Assembly (NCBI GenBank): GCA_905178155.1
Contig: CAJINV010000005.1
Span: forward strand, 5,793,754-5,857,496
Length of the DNA stretch: 63,743 nt
Direction of reading: 5' to 3'
Origin: Amoebophrya sp. A120
Lineage: Eukaryota; Protista; Dinoflagellata
The notes beneath the pieces are model-generated. The model did no database searches. It had not been told where the DNA came from and saw only the letters and a list, made by a program, of their open reading frames with translations. Of this stretch, positions 1 through 11,900 are shown piece after piece. Made by a program: the position numbers and the translations under genes. The first letter of the stretch is position 1; the number at the start of each line of letters is the position of its first letter.

Positions 1-257
1 CTCGCCTGTCGATCTCCAGCTCGTCCTGGTTGTTCTTGTTTGGTATTCTACCACGCAATATCCAGGGCCCCTTGTACTACTTGGAAGACTTGCATGACAA
101 GCTGCAACGGTACTCGAAGAAATAAGCGCACTACCGTAGTTGGGTCGGGGTATAAATTCGTCATGCAGTATAGGCTGCTTTGTTTGTTTGTTCTAATGCT
201 GCTCCACCTGCCATGCAAACGCTCTAAATCTACAGGATTAGAACTAGTTGTCCACTA

Positions 258-809
258 TCATACCACGCGCGGGCCAAACGGAGAGGAGGCCTGCTGTTCG
301 TCGTCGGAGCTTGAGGAGGAGCCAGTCGCTACCAAAAACCGTGAAAAGACCGCGAGGAATTTGGAAGCGAAGCCGAGCATCAACGTCTGCTGTGCCACCT
401 GATCTTCGGCTGATGAGGAACTCGTGCTGGCGGGTAACACCACAGAGGGACGACGACCTCCAGGGTGATGATCACCAACCTGTTGATGGGACGACGAAAG
501 CGGCGTGATAGTGATAGACCTAGTAGAATTTTCCCTCGTCCACGTCCCACTCTGTTCGCCCGACGACGCCACTTTAATCGCAGGAGACGTCGATAGCCGC
601 CCAGCATGGGGATCAACACCCGCCATGATTTCCAGGTCGTTAAACCAGCTTGTCATGGTGGAGGGAGCAGTCCTTTCGCTGGTGTCCAAATCCGTTTCGC
701 TGGTGAGCAGATGATCGTCCCGTGGAGGTACTATCCCGCGTGAAATGGCAGCTACGATCACCCATGCATAATTACAACTCATCACACAAATAACTACTAC
801 ATAGTACAT
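258..809 (-). CDS. Hypothetical protein exon(s), low complexity; boundaries uncertain
   Basis: 183-aa minus-strand ORF, S/T-rich like neighbouring genes; no recognisable domain. Confidence 0.3.
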   Translation of the reverse strand: MYYVVVICVMSCNYAWVIVAAISRGIVPPRDDHLLTSETDLDTSERTAPSTMTSWFNDLEIMAGVDPHAGRLSTSPAIKVASSGEQSGTWTRENSTRSITITPLSSSHQQVGDHHPGGRRPSVVLPASTSSSSAEDQVAQQTLMLGFASKFLAVFSRFLVATGSSSSSDDEQQASSPFGPRVV

Positions 810-1139
810 ACAGAATAAAAAGTGCAGGTAGTACTAGTACTAGTACTAGGCACTGTACAACGTAACTAGGATGTTTCGCAACATCGTCACAAATTGATGT
901 TCTTGATACAGGGTGATGGTGCTGCTTTGAAATAGCATATCAGCTGCGTCGATCATCGGAGAGGTATTTTCTGATGGCTGCGCAAGCGCTAGCGCGTGAT
1001 CCTTCTCATCGTCCTTGTAGCCCTCGGTGTAGTCCGTGTGTCGTCCTGCGAAGAGATCATTTGAGATGCAATTACTTTTCATCACAACAATGAAACATAA
1101 TCGACTTCCTTAACGAAGAAGACAGACGCTGCGTGGTGG

Positions 1140-1790
1140 CTAGGGAGAAAAAAAGTGCGAGCATGCCGATGCCCCCATCTTGTGGTGTGCGAGTTGCTGT
1201 AGCCAAGAGTGACTTGCGTTGTTAAGATTTGAATGCATTTGCCGAAGCAATAAAATACCTGGGGAAATGATCGCCGGGGGCTGAGGCATGACGGTCCTGT
1301 CGTGACGCTCAGCATCATCTAATTCATTCTCCTGTTTGACTGGAATCCCATCCTCCTGCTTAATACGGAGTTTGGTGCTCTCCCGCAGCTTTCTGGGCCT
1401 CGTGGAGATGTGTGTTATTTGTTCCCTCTGCCGGCGTCCTGGCGAAGTAGGAATTGTGCCAGCTACCTTCTTCACCTGGTGTTGTTCCATTGACTCGTAC
1501 TTGCGACTCAAGCGGTGATCGTCGTCCCCGCGGCTGTTCTCGTTTTTCTCATTTTTAGTTGCAGGAGGACTATTCTCTGCCGCGGTAGAGCGCTGTTCTG
1601 CCGGCGAACCTCCCTCGTGGACGTGTTGGTTGGCTGGGGCCAGGGACGTCCCCAAAGATGTTGTAGAAGTTGCTGACGAATCAAGCAGCTCCCCGGCACT
1701 GGAGATCTTCTCCTTCTGCTGGATCTCGGCAGTGGTGGATGTACTGTTGCTGCTCTTATTTTCCTCCAGAAGTGACGATGACGCTTGCAC
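1140..1790 (-). CDS. Hypothetical low-complexity protein exon
   Basis: 216-aa S/T/E-rich ORF co-oriented with all other genes. Confidence 0.35.
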   Translation of the reverse strand: MQASSSLLEENKSSNSTSTTAEIQQKEKISSAGELLDSSATSTTSLGTSLAPANQHVHEGGSPAEQRSTAAENSPPATKNEKNENSRGDDDHRLSRKYESMEQHQVKKVAGTIPTSPGRRQREQITHISTRPRKLRESTKLRIKQEDGIPVKQENELDDAERHDRTVMPQPPAIISPGILLLRQMHSNLNNASHSWLQQLAHHKMGASACSHFFSP

Positions 1791-2240
1791 TACTTGATGA
1801 AGATCATGCTCCAGCAGGTCGACGTCGTTTTCGTCCGAAAGTGCGGTGAGCTGTCCTTGCCCGCCTGCGGTTACTTGTTGGTCTGGAGCCCGATCGTCAA
1901 AGGCGAAGAAAGAAGTGCTGGCCCTGTCACGATCACCTCCAAGCGCATGGGGGCGTCAGGCTTCGAATCTTCGGCAAAGTTGAACTGCTCTGCGATGCAT
2001 AAAAATAAATACCAGTCTTGCAGCGTCGAGGGCAAGTGGATGCAAATCTTCTGCGACTACGCCTCTACCTGTTCTTGTTGGCACCAGATAGCGATCGCTT
2101 TAAGTGAAGTAGCGAGACAAAAGAAGTCGGAGTCTTCTGTGGCCGCCAAATATCATGACAAATTGGATGTCGGTGCTGCCAGAATATGTCATGCGCCAAT
2201 GAAGAAACTGGGAGCCGGACTGGGATTGAGATTTTAATAC

Positions 2241-3614
2241 TTATGCATGACGATGACATATTTTTTCACCTGTGTCGATGTCGACCTTGACGCCTCCATA
2301 AAACTGACAGCCGGGGGAAGGGCCGGATAAGCGTCGCCCTTCTCGCTGTCTCTTTTGCAACTGCTCTGTGACTTTGTGCGCTAGCTCCTCGGGCATTGCT
2401 GGGTACTTCTCGGGCACTTGCGGTGGCAAGGGTTTGTATTCGTACCAGTAGGGGTCCTCTTGTGTTACTCCCAGCTGCTCTCGCGCACCGTCGGTAAGAC
2501 GACTTGGTTCCAGTCGACTAGGACTACCCTCCGGCGTGGGTCCTGGTAGTATCTCCTGGAGGATCGGTTCGAAGCGCCGCAAATGCTTTCCAGCTTGCTC
2601 GGCCTGGTAACCTTCCTCGCGTAACATCGAGGACACAGCTGACCCGAACTGCTGCGGAGGAAGTCTCTTCTCCCAATAGTTCGCCAGCGTAGGCGGTCCT
2701 TTTTGATCACCGTCTCGCTGGATGTCGGACCATTTGCCCTTGTTCGAATACCCAACCTCTACGCGAATGTTCAGCGCCCGACTGGTTAGCGCTTGGTACA
2801 GCTTCAGTTTCAGTGCGTTGTCCTTGTGGTGAAACAGGTCGTGCTTCCGGCTATGAACATCCGGCGGGTCTTCGTTGCTCTTTCCCTCCTTTTTTGATGC
2901 TAGTTCATCAGCAAAATACGACAAGGAGCGGCGCTTGAAGTCAAGGAAGGTTGCCCAGTAGTTGTTGGCGAATTTTTCGCGCATTAATAAATCAGCTTTT
3001 CCTTCGCGTTTCAATTGCCGCCACTCTTTTTGCTTGTGCTTATGGTTCTTAATTTGTTCTTGATAGTCGTGGGAGTCGTGCACTATCTGTTCGCTTAGTC
3101 GCCCCTCGGTGATCGCGTTGGCCGCGTCGAAAACCTGCTTGTGGGTTGCAGCGTAGTCGATGGGGAGGCGGTGTCCGTGTAGAATCGCGTCCGCGTCGTG
3201 CTGGGGAATAAGCTCGCTCCAGAGGAGTTTTTGCACTCCTTCCGCGCTTAGACCCGCGGACGTTCGCAAGCCCTGCTTCAAGGTGGGTACTTGTTCGTGA
3301 GGAAATGCGTCGACTCGATTTCCGACAAAGTTGTGTCCGCTCTTCTTTTGCTTTCCCAGTTCATCGACAAACATACCGACTTATGCAGTGCAAAAGTATC
3401 GTACTCGTATAAATTTAAATGCAGGAAGGTCTTGCAGCATTACAAATTTCTTTGTCAAAGGGGCAAATCAGCATTGCAAATTTTTATGCTGAGAAAATTT
3501 GTAATGCATCCATTTATACGAGTACGATACATTTGCAGTTCATACGACTAGGTGCGTCACCGGTTCGGAGTACTTCTTCACCAACTCAGAAACCGAGTAC
3601 AGCTTGTCGGGGCC
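2241..3614 (-). CDS. Hypothetical protein, interrupted by introner 3382-3544
   Basis: 377-aa ORF extends in frame (DKLYSVSELVKKYSEPVTHLVG-MFVDEL) after removing the element plus one CGACT; canonical acceptor tttgtttcatAG at 3615-3616. Confidence 0.65.
3382..3544. mobile_element. Introner family A (TIR TATGCAGTGCAAAAGTATCGTACTCGTAT)
   Basis: ~30-bp TIR; TSD CGACT at 3377-3381 and 3545-3549; excision restores frame. Confidence 0.92.
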
Positions 3615-3889
3615 CTATGAAACAAAAAAAAAAAGCTATAGCTAGCAGCACAATATTTCTGCGAAGCACCTAGCAGTTGCAAAACACGCATTAAAACCGG
3701 CAAGTAGAGGATAAAGCTGTATCATGCAAGACATTCAGAGGAAGCATAGCTTCATGACAATGGATAACGACAATCCTCTTTGCGAAGTAGATGTAGATCC
3801 CCTTTCAGCCTACAGCAGCAATCGCATTGCAAGTCTAGTAGTTTCTTGTCATGCGTCACGCATTCGTGTTGCAGTTGTTGGAGTCGATA

Positions 3890-4702
3890 CTAGAGTGTAC
3901 TTGGGTTTATTAACTGTAGCATTTTTTTCTCGCAGCATAAATCCGTTTCGAACACATGCCGGATGTTGCGATGATGGTGAGAGTGCCCGTTCCGCCCGCT
4001 TCCATGCTTGTTATGCGCTAGGAAGGTGTGGTAAAATCCCTCGCTGAATTCCTTTCGAAAATACTGCAGCTGGGCAAACCGCGCGTCCTTGAAGTCGTGG
4101 ACTATCGCTTCGGTAATGGATTTCACTTTTCGTGACTTTGCCGCCCACTTCCAGTACTCGGTGGCCAGCTTCGCAGCCGTTGATTGCGCTTCGGCGTTCT
4201 TCACGTGGGTAGGGTCCTCTGATGTCGCAAAGAACTGCGCGATGCGCCTCTTTATGTCCACGCCCAGTTCGTACTCCTTATCGCTCTTATGCTGGAAGCT
4301 GCTGTCATCTACTTCCGGTACTTGTTGCCCCGGGGCAGCTGCTGAAGCAGGAGCAGCTGCTCTCGCCGTGCTCGCCGTCCTCCCCGCCGCGGCGCTATTC
4401 CCATTAAGCAGGTTACTCATTCTATCCATCATGGTGGGGTTGCTTCCTGGTTTTTCTTCCCGGGAGGGCCGCTGTGTTCCAGCCGCACCATGCTGCTGGT
4501 GTCCCGCTCGTGCTCCCGTGGTCGTGTGATGGGCGCCAGTCGTCGTGGGTGATTGCACTCTTGCACCTCCACGCGGTTGATGTTGCCCGCCGTTGCCGGG
4601 ATGCGCCCCAGAACCGCTGCTCCTCGGGGTTGCAGCTGCAGGTGGAGTAGGATTACTTCCATACGACGTTCTGCGTCTGGGGGGCATGATGAAAAAAATC
4701 AC
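3890..4702 (-). CDS. Hypothetical protein exon, possibly the 5' part of the 2241-3614 gene
   Basis: 270-aa ORF with a disordered N-terminus and a helical-looking C-terminal half. Confidence 0.5.
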   Translation of the reverse strand: MIFFIMPPRRRTSYGSNPTPPAAATPRSSGSGAHPGNGGQHQPRGGARVQSPTTTGAHHTTTGARAGHQQHGAAGTQRPSREEKPGSNPTMMDRMSNLLNGNSAAAGRTASTARAAAPASAAAPGQQVPEVDDSSFQHKSDKEYELGVDIKRRIAQFFATSEDPTHVKNAEAQSTAAKLATEYWKWAAKSRKVKSITEAIVHDFKDARFAQLQYFRKEFSEGFYHTFLAHNKHGSGRNGHSHHHRNIRHVFETDLCCEKKMLQLINPSTL

Positions 4703-5556
4703 CTACCGTCTGGCCAATAAAATGAAGCTGAACTACTTCAACGTCTAGTTGTACGGTTCACAGCATTCTACTAGTTTTTAATTTTTTTATCTCGTGAAAA
4801 AGAAAAAACGCGCTCGAGATACAATCAACATAAACATAAAGATGAAGAAAAAAATGACGAGAAAAATATGGAGAAAATCGTGAAGAAAAAGGAGCACAGC
4901 TTATTGTTGTTGATGAGGAAGAGGAAGCCGCTATCACGAGACGCCAGTACTACGATCGGTTGCGAGCAGGAAAAGCCTAAAATTTTTGGCATAGCTTGGT
5001 CAGTCTCCACACGATACGGCCCACGATTGAAGCAAGAGGTGCAGAGGCACTAATTTACTCTTTGAAGAACTTGCAATCCACATACGAGCACTAGCACACA
5101 TACAGAAAACGACTGTGACCAATGAGAAGAACGACCCCGGCACCAACGTCGCTCTAGTTGTAGTTCCTGACCCAGGTGGATAAAATGTTGGTGATAACTA
5201 AAAAATTTCGACTTCCTCAACATTTTCACCACGGTCAACATCAAAACGACTACGATTTTGACGACTGCCACGACAAATATAAATTCCACGATCAACATGT
5301 CCCAGCAGCGAGTTTCTAGTTTTCTACGTACCTAGTACTACTTCGAGCTAGTAGTTCTGAAGGTGAGCTGGAACACAAATACAAACTGCATGGCATCCCC
5401 ACCACTCACGAGAAAGAGCTGTGTGATGTCAGTGTCTGTGTCAGCTGTCCATATCAAATAAGGGACGCGGCATGTTACGCTTCTCAGAAGTCCGTCGAAG
5501 TCGACGGAGTGCTAGAAGATGTCGAATAAGGCACACACAATTTTGGATCGATGTTC

Positions 5557-7532
5557 TATCAAATGTAAAAGTGTCTGGGTATGGAAGACGCCCAGAAAAG
5601 CGCCGGAAGTGCGTCGCTTTTATTTACGTGAGATTTGCGCGAGATTTGCGCGAGATTTAGAAAATAGTAGGAATATTGCCAAATCCGTCGGGCAGCTTTT
5701 TGAGGCGGGAACCCCCTCCGTGAATATTTTCGAGTATGTTCGCGAATGTGCTTGAGTTGAAAACATTCACGGAGGGGGTTTTCGCCTCAAAAAGCTGCCC
5801 GAGTTGGCAATATTATTAATATTCAGGAATATTTATTGGCGAATATACTTGAAAATATTCACGGAGGGGGTTTTCGCCTCAAAAAGCTGCCCGAGTTGGC
5901 AATATTATTAATATTCAGGAATATTTATTGGCGAATATACTTGAAAATATTCACGGAGGGGGTTTTCGCCTCAAAAAGCTGCCCGAGTTGGCAATATTAT
6001 TAATATTCAGGAATATTTATTGGCGAATATACTTGAAAATATTCACGGAGGGGGTTCTCGCCTCAAAAAGCTGCCCGAGTTGGCAATATTATTAATATTC
6101 AGGAATATTTATTGGCGAATATACTTGAAAATATTCACGGAGGGGGTTTTCGCCTCAAAAAGCTGCCCGAGTTGGCAATATTATTAATATTCAGGAATAT
6201 TTATTGGCGAATATACTTGAAAATATTCACGGAGGGGGTTTTCGCCTCAAAAAGCTGCCCGAGTTGGCAATATTATTAATATTCAGGAATATTTATTGGC
6301 GAATATACTTGAAAATATTCACGGAGGGGGTTTTCGCCTCAAAAAGCTGCCCGAGTTGGCAATATTATTAATATTCAGGAATATTTATTGGCGAATATAC
6401 TTGAAAATATTCACGGAGGGGGTTTTCGCCTCAAAAAGCTGCCCGAGTTGGCAATATTATTAATATTCAGGAATATTTATTGGCGAATATACTTGAAAAT
6501 ATTCACGGAGGGGGTTTTCGCCTCAAAAAGCTGCCCGAGTTGGCAATATTATTAATATTCAGGAATATTTATTGGCGAATATACTTGAAAATATTCACGG
6601 AGGGGGTTTTCGCCTCAAAAAGCTGCCCGAGTTGGCAATATTATTAATATTCAGGAATATTTATTGGCGAATATACTTGAAAATATTCACGGAGGGGGTT
6701 TTCGCCTCAAAAAGCTGCCCGAGTTGGCAATATTATTAATATTCAGGAATATTTATTGGCGAATATACTTGAAAATATTCACGGAGGGGGTTTTCGCCTC
6801 AAAAAGCTGCCCGAGTTGGCAATATTATTAATATTCAGGAATATTTATTGGCGAATATACTTGAAAATATTCACGGAGGGGGTTTTCGCCTCAAAAAGCT
6901 GCCCGAGTTGGCAATATTATTAATATTCAGGAATATTTATTGGCGAATATACTTGAAAATATTCACGGAGGGGGTTCTCGCCTCAAAAAGCTGCCCGAGT
7001 TGGCAATATTATTAATATTCAGGAATATTTATTGGCGAATATACTTGAAAATATTCACGGAGGGGGTTCTCGCCTCAAAAAGCTGCCCGATTTGGCAATA
7101 TTATTAATATGCAGGAATATTTATTGGCGAATATGCTTGAAAATATTCACGGAGGGGGTTCTCGCCTCAAAAAGCTGCCCGATTTGGCAATATTATTAAT
7201 ATTCAGGAATATTTATTGGCGAAAATGCTTGAAAATATTCACGGGGGGGGTTCTCGCCTCAAAAAGCTGCCCGAGCTGGCAATATTATTAATATTCAGGA
7301 ATATTTCTTGGCGAATATACTTGAAAATATTCACGGAGGGGGTTCTCGCCTCAAGAAGCTGCCCGCCTTGGCAATATTGTTAATATTCAGGAACTTTCAA
7401 CGGATTTGGCAATATTCCTAATATTTTTGGAAATCTCGCGCAAATCTCGCGCAAATCTCACGCAAATAAAAAGCATGCATTTGCGGCGCTTTTCTGGGCG
7501 TCTTCCATACCCAGACACTTTTACACTTGATA
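5557..7532. mobile_element. Large family-B TIR element (1976 bp) with minisatellite interior
   Basis: ~130-bp TIRs starting TATCAAATGTAAAAGTGTCTGGGTATGGAAG; TSD TGTTC at 5552-5556 and 7533-7537. Confidence 0.92.
5757..7392 (+). repeat. 92-bp tandem minisatellite, ~18 copies
   Basis: Period 92 (attcagga at 5821 and 5913); units nearly identical, diverging at the right end; one inverted partial unit at ~5689-5743. Confidence 0.97.
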
Positions 7533-7977
7533 TGTTCTTGCACACACTGATCGAAGATTCAACAGCAGTCAGTGGTCCAAAACGAAATCGCTTACAACGG
7601 AAGTACACTTCGTGATGAACAGCAGGGATGACACAAGTGCAGTTACCGAGCCAGCACGAGATTCCTCTTCCTGGAGTAGTTCCTTGCTCTCGAGGACTTG
7701 GGCCGTCGCGCTGCTTTTCGTATTTTTTCTGCCGCGATATTGCATTGTTCGCGCTACAGTGCGGGGCACTTGTTCCTCTCGTCCTCGGTCTTCCCTGCTC
7801 CTGACCGCCCCGCGCAGAGTTTGCTGATCGTCCGGCGCAAGCTTGCATTCCATTGTGGCCGCGACCGGCAGGGCGGACGCGAAGAGGGGCGACAGCGGTC
7901 TTCCTGCCATTGCTGGAGTAAGAACTGGGTCAAGAGTTGTCAGCGCAGCTAGTACACAAGAATGACTACAGACGTGN

Positions 7978-8922
7978 TTGGCGAATATACTTGAAAATAT
8001 TCACGGAGGGGGTTCTCGCCTCAAAAAGCTGCCCGATTTGGCAATATTATTAATATGCAGGAATATTTATTGGCGAATATGCTTGAAAATATTCACGGAG
8101 GGGGTTCTCGCCTCAAAAAGCTGCCCGATTTGGCAATATTATTAATATTCAGGAATATTTATTGGCGAAAATGCTTGAAAATATTCACGGGGGGGGTTCT
8201 CGCCTCAAAAAGCTGCCCGAGCTGGCAATATTATTAATATTCAGGAATATTTCTTGGCGAATATACTTGAAAATATTCACGGAGGGGGTTCTCGCCTCAA
8301 GAAGCTGCCCGCCTTGGCAATATTGTTAATATTCAGGAACTTTCAACGGATTTGGCAATATTCCTAATATTTTTGGAAATCTCGCGCAAATCTCGCGCAA
8401 ATCTCACGCAAATAAAAAGCATGCATTTGCGGCGCTTTTCTGGGCGTCTTCCATACCCAGACACTTTTACACTTGATATGTTCTTGCACACACTGATCGA
8501 AGATTCAACAGCAGTCAGTGGTCCAAAACGAAATCGCTTACAACGGAAGTACACTTCGTGATGAACAGCAGGGATGACACAAGTGCAGTTACCGAGCCAG
8601 CACGAGATTCCTCTTCCTGGAGTAGTTCCTTGCTCTCGAGGACTTGGGCCGTCGCGCTGCTTTTCGTATTTTTTCTGCCGCGATATTGCATTGTTCGCGC
8701 TACAGTGCGGGGCACTTGTTCCTCTCGTCCTCGGTCTTCCCTGCTCCTGACCGCCCCGCGCAGAGTTTGCTGATCGTCCGGCGCAAGCTTGCATTCCATT
8801 GTGGCCGCGACCGGCAGGGCGGACGCGAAGAGGGGCGACAGCGGTCTTCCTGCCATTGCTGGAGTAAGAACTGGGTCAAGAGTTGTCAGCGCAGCTAGTA
8901 CACAAGAATGACTACAGACGTG
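7978..8922. other. Probable assembly artefact: exact duplicate of 7032-7976 after a single N
   Basis: N at 7977; sequence and ORFs repeat with an offset of 946. Confidence 0.85.
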
Positions 8923-11900
8923 ACGAAGTTACTCTCCTGCTGCCAAAGCCCCCCGGATCACCATCATGATTTAGATGCTGCTCCTCTAGTTCTTTATGTT
9001 GTAGTGCAACAAGCCCCCCGCTCGCCTGATCAGAACGACTGTCATGCTGCTCTCCACGACCAGCACCAGGTCCATTCGGCCCAATGTGTTGCTCTTGACA
9101 TCTTTGACTATTCCCGTTGGTCTTCAGCGGCGATACGCGACCTGTTTTATTCGTCGTGGTTCCACTTGTGCCACTCCCACTTCCTGTTCCTTTATTTCCG
9201 CCGACATCGAACCGCAATAGCAGTTCCTGCGCCAAGCTGGCTATCAGCTTCTTCGTCCGGACGCAGTACACTTGCCCTCTGACCATCGCTCTCGCATTCC
9301 CGATGGAATAGCAGCTATCCTGTAGTAGAAAAACTGTCATCATCTACAAAGGTCTTATGATGCAAAAGTCCAAGTGGATATAGACTTACAAAGCCTACCT
9401 ATAATTTCGGTTGTTGCATTTATTAATTTTCTGTAGCTCGTCCACCCAAACCGTATTGACAGACTTTAGGAGCCCGCCACCTCGCAAAACAAATTTCCTT
9501 CTTTCCGTGAACGTGCGTTCCTCGTCCTTGCGCAGAAACTACAGAATTCTAAATCGTAATACTGCATGCGGACTGTTGACAAGAGGGACCATTTTTCTGC
9601 AGGATAGCAGCTACAATCGAACAACAACCATTCGTCCGCCCGCCAGTTCCAGGCGTCTTTCTCTTTGATGCCCACGTTGATGTCTCTTATTTCTGTACTA
9701 TGTAATGTCGCTTGCGTGGTTTGCGTTTGTCCGTTCAACATGTGCCGCTGCTCGGAAAAATGAAAACTACTTCGGAAGGAGGGCTCATGAAACCACAAAG
9801 CGTGGTCGAGCGAGACCATATTTTTGACTCTTATCCTGTGTAAAAGCATCGCATTCGTATAAATGCAAGTCTTGCATCACAAATTTTTTTCTGAAGGCAA
9901 ATCAGCATTACAAATTTTATTTTCAATGCATTTATACGAGTACGATACTTTTGCAGTTCTTAATTCTCCTGGTCCGACGATGGTACCCGCCGTTCGGTGC
10001 GAACGCGCAGAGCGCGAGGTTGGTATCCGTCATGTGTGCCAGAACGCTCTGGTGGTACAGCATGTGCTGCGAGTAGAGGTTCTCGCTCGAATTTGATGGA
10101 TCAAGACCCACATTTTTTTTCCCGTCTGCAACACTCGTCGTCGAGACCACATCATCAATCCCGTACTTCGTCTTTACGAACTATGAAAGCCTCAGGTTGG
10201 AAATCATCAAAGTGAAAATAATTTGTAATGCAAAAAAACGCTTCCAGTTGGAGCGCCGTTTCTAGTCGGCGCATGACAAATTTCCCGGGCACTCAAAGCG
10301 TGTCTGTCATGCTAGTTAGGCAAAGGGGTGCCGTTCTCATATGCTAATCAGCAGCCCAATTCTGAACCCGTAGAAGCACAATAAGTAGTCGGCCCCCAAT
10401 GCGTTCTCTGCAATGCAGTCTTTTTGGTGTCGCATTTCATGCATCACAAATTATTTCCACTTTGAGGATTTCCATTCTGAGAGTGTCATACAAACCACAC
10501 CAGCCTGCCAGGGTTATCCCGGGTCCCGCCGGGCCAGTCATCGGAAAGGATCTATCCTGTGCAAAAGTATCGCACTCGTAATTGCAGTCAAGCATTACAA
10601 ATCTCTTTTTAAGGTAAATTCGCATTACAAATTTTATTTCTCATGCTGAGGAAATTTGTAATGCATTTATTATACGAGTACGATACTTTTGCAGTTCATA
10701 GGATCGTTACTGGCCTTATGTCCAGCGGCGTGGGGCCGCCACGGAAATCCCGGTGGTTTTTTACGTCGATCTCGTCAACACGGGTCGTGGAGGAAGTGGA
10801 AGATGAACTTCCGGCGTCATGGCTAGGCGCTGCAGGAGCTCCTTTGATGTTGTGCTTAGTATTTTTCTCCACGTCTACTTTGTCCTTCCCATACACTTTC
10901 AGAAACGAGGCAAAAATCACTTCGTCATATGGCTTCAGGCTGTTGATGGCACGTTGCTCTAGTTCTTCCTTGTCGGAGGTTGAAGATGACGCAGCTCCTG
11001 TGTGGTCGAGCATCAAGCTGCTCCTGCCGACGTCCGAGCCCATCATCCCACCTGCAGCTCTTTCAGTCGGCGGAACAGCAGCGCGCGTGGGATCGAGATC
11101 GTGGGTCTTGTTTTTCCCCTGCTGCAATACCGCCAGCACATCCGCCGGGAACTGTTCGCAGTAGGAATCGGAAGGAGCAGGAGGTCGTGGAGTGCCATTT
11201 GGTCTTGTTCTACTATCGGTGCCGCTAAAGATGTCCTCAGGGTAGTGTGCAGCACTTTCACCTCCTCCTTTTATTGCAGCTTTGCTGGTACTACTAGATG
11301 CAGCTGTGGTGCGTGTGCCATCTCCCACTTCCTCTGCTGCCTGACTGGACACAATGCACGAGAAAATCACCCTGCCCTTCTATTAAATGGAAAAATCCCC
11401 CCACCCCATATCAAACACGAAACTTGTGATGCTGTATTTGGGTACACAAATCGACTTGTAGTGCTAGAAGGCCAAGAGCCGCAGTTGTGACCTCGTTTGC
11501 AGGTAATTTGCAATGCTGTTTCCCACTTCCAGTTGCTTCCTGTCATGCTGAAGATGCAAGGCTTCCCCACGCCCCCCAGCACTACAGTCCGCATCTTTTC
11601 CACCCTTCTAGCATGACTAAGCTGATTTGTAACTGCAAATCTGCATCACAGATTTCCGTTTTGATATGGGGAGGGGGGATTTTTCCTCACAATACCTTCT
11701 GCAGCGCGTCCACGCATCTCGTCGAAAAAGACCGGCCGTCGCGGATCACCCGCACGCGGTACGTTAGGTCTTCCGAGAGCGACCCCGTTCCCAGAAAGTA
11801 CGCGTGCAACGAGTGGGCGGTTTTGCGCTGAGGATTGTTTTTTTTCAACGTGGTCGCGAAATGGTAATGGAGATTGATGTCTACTGTGAATTATATCTGA

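Noticed and set aside
1990-2250. Decayed introner joining the 2241 ORF to the 1140 ORF
   Set aside because: Motif copies and weak inverted ends are present, but I could not define a TSD or a convincing in-frame join
5757-7392. CRISPR array
   Set aside because: The 92-bp units are head-to-tail and near-identical with no unique spacers; no cas genes; eukaryotic context
7032-8922. Biological tandem duplication or second element copy
   Set aside because: Apparently identical 945-bp copies separated by a single N are typical of an unmerged contig overlap
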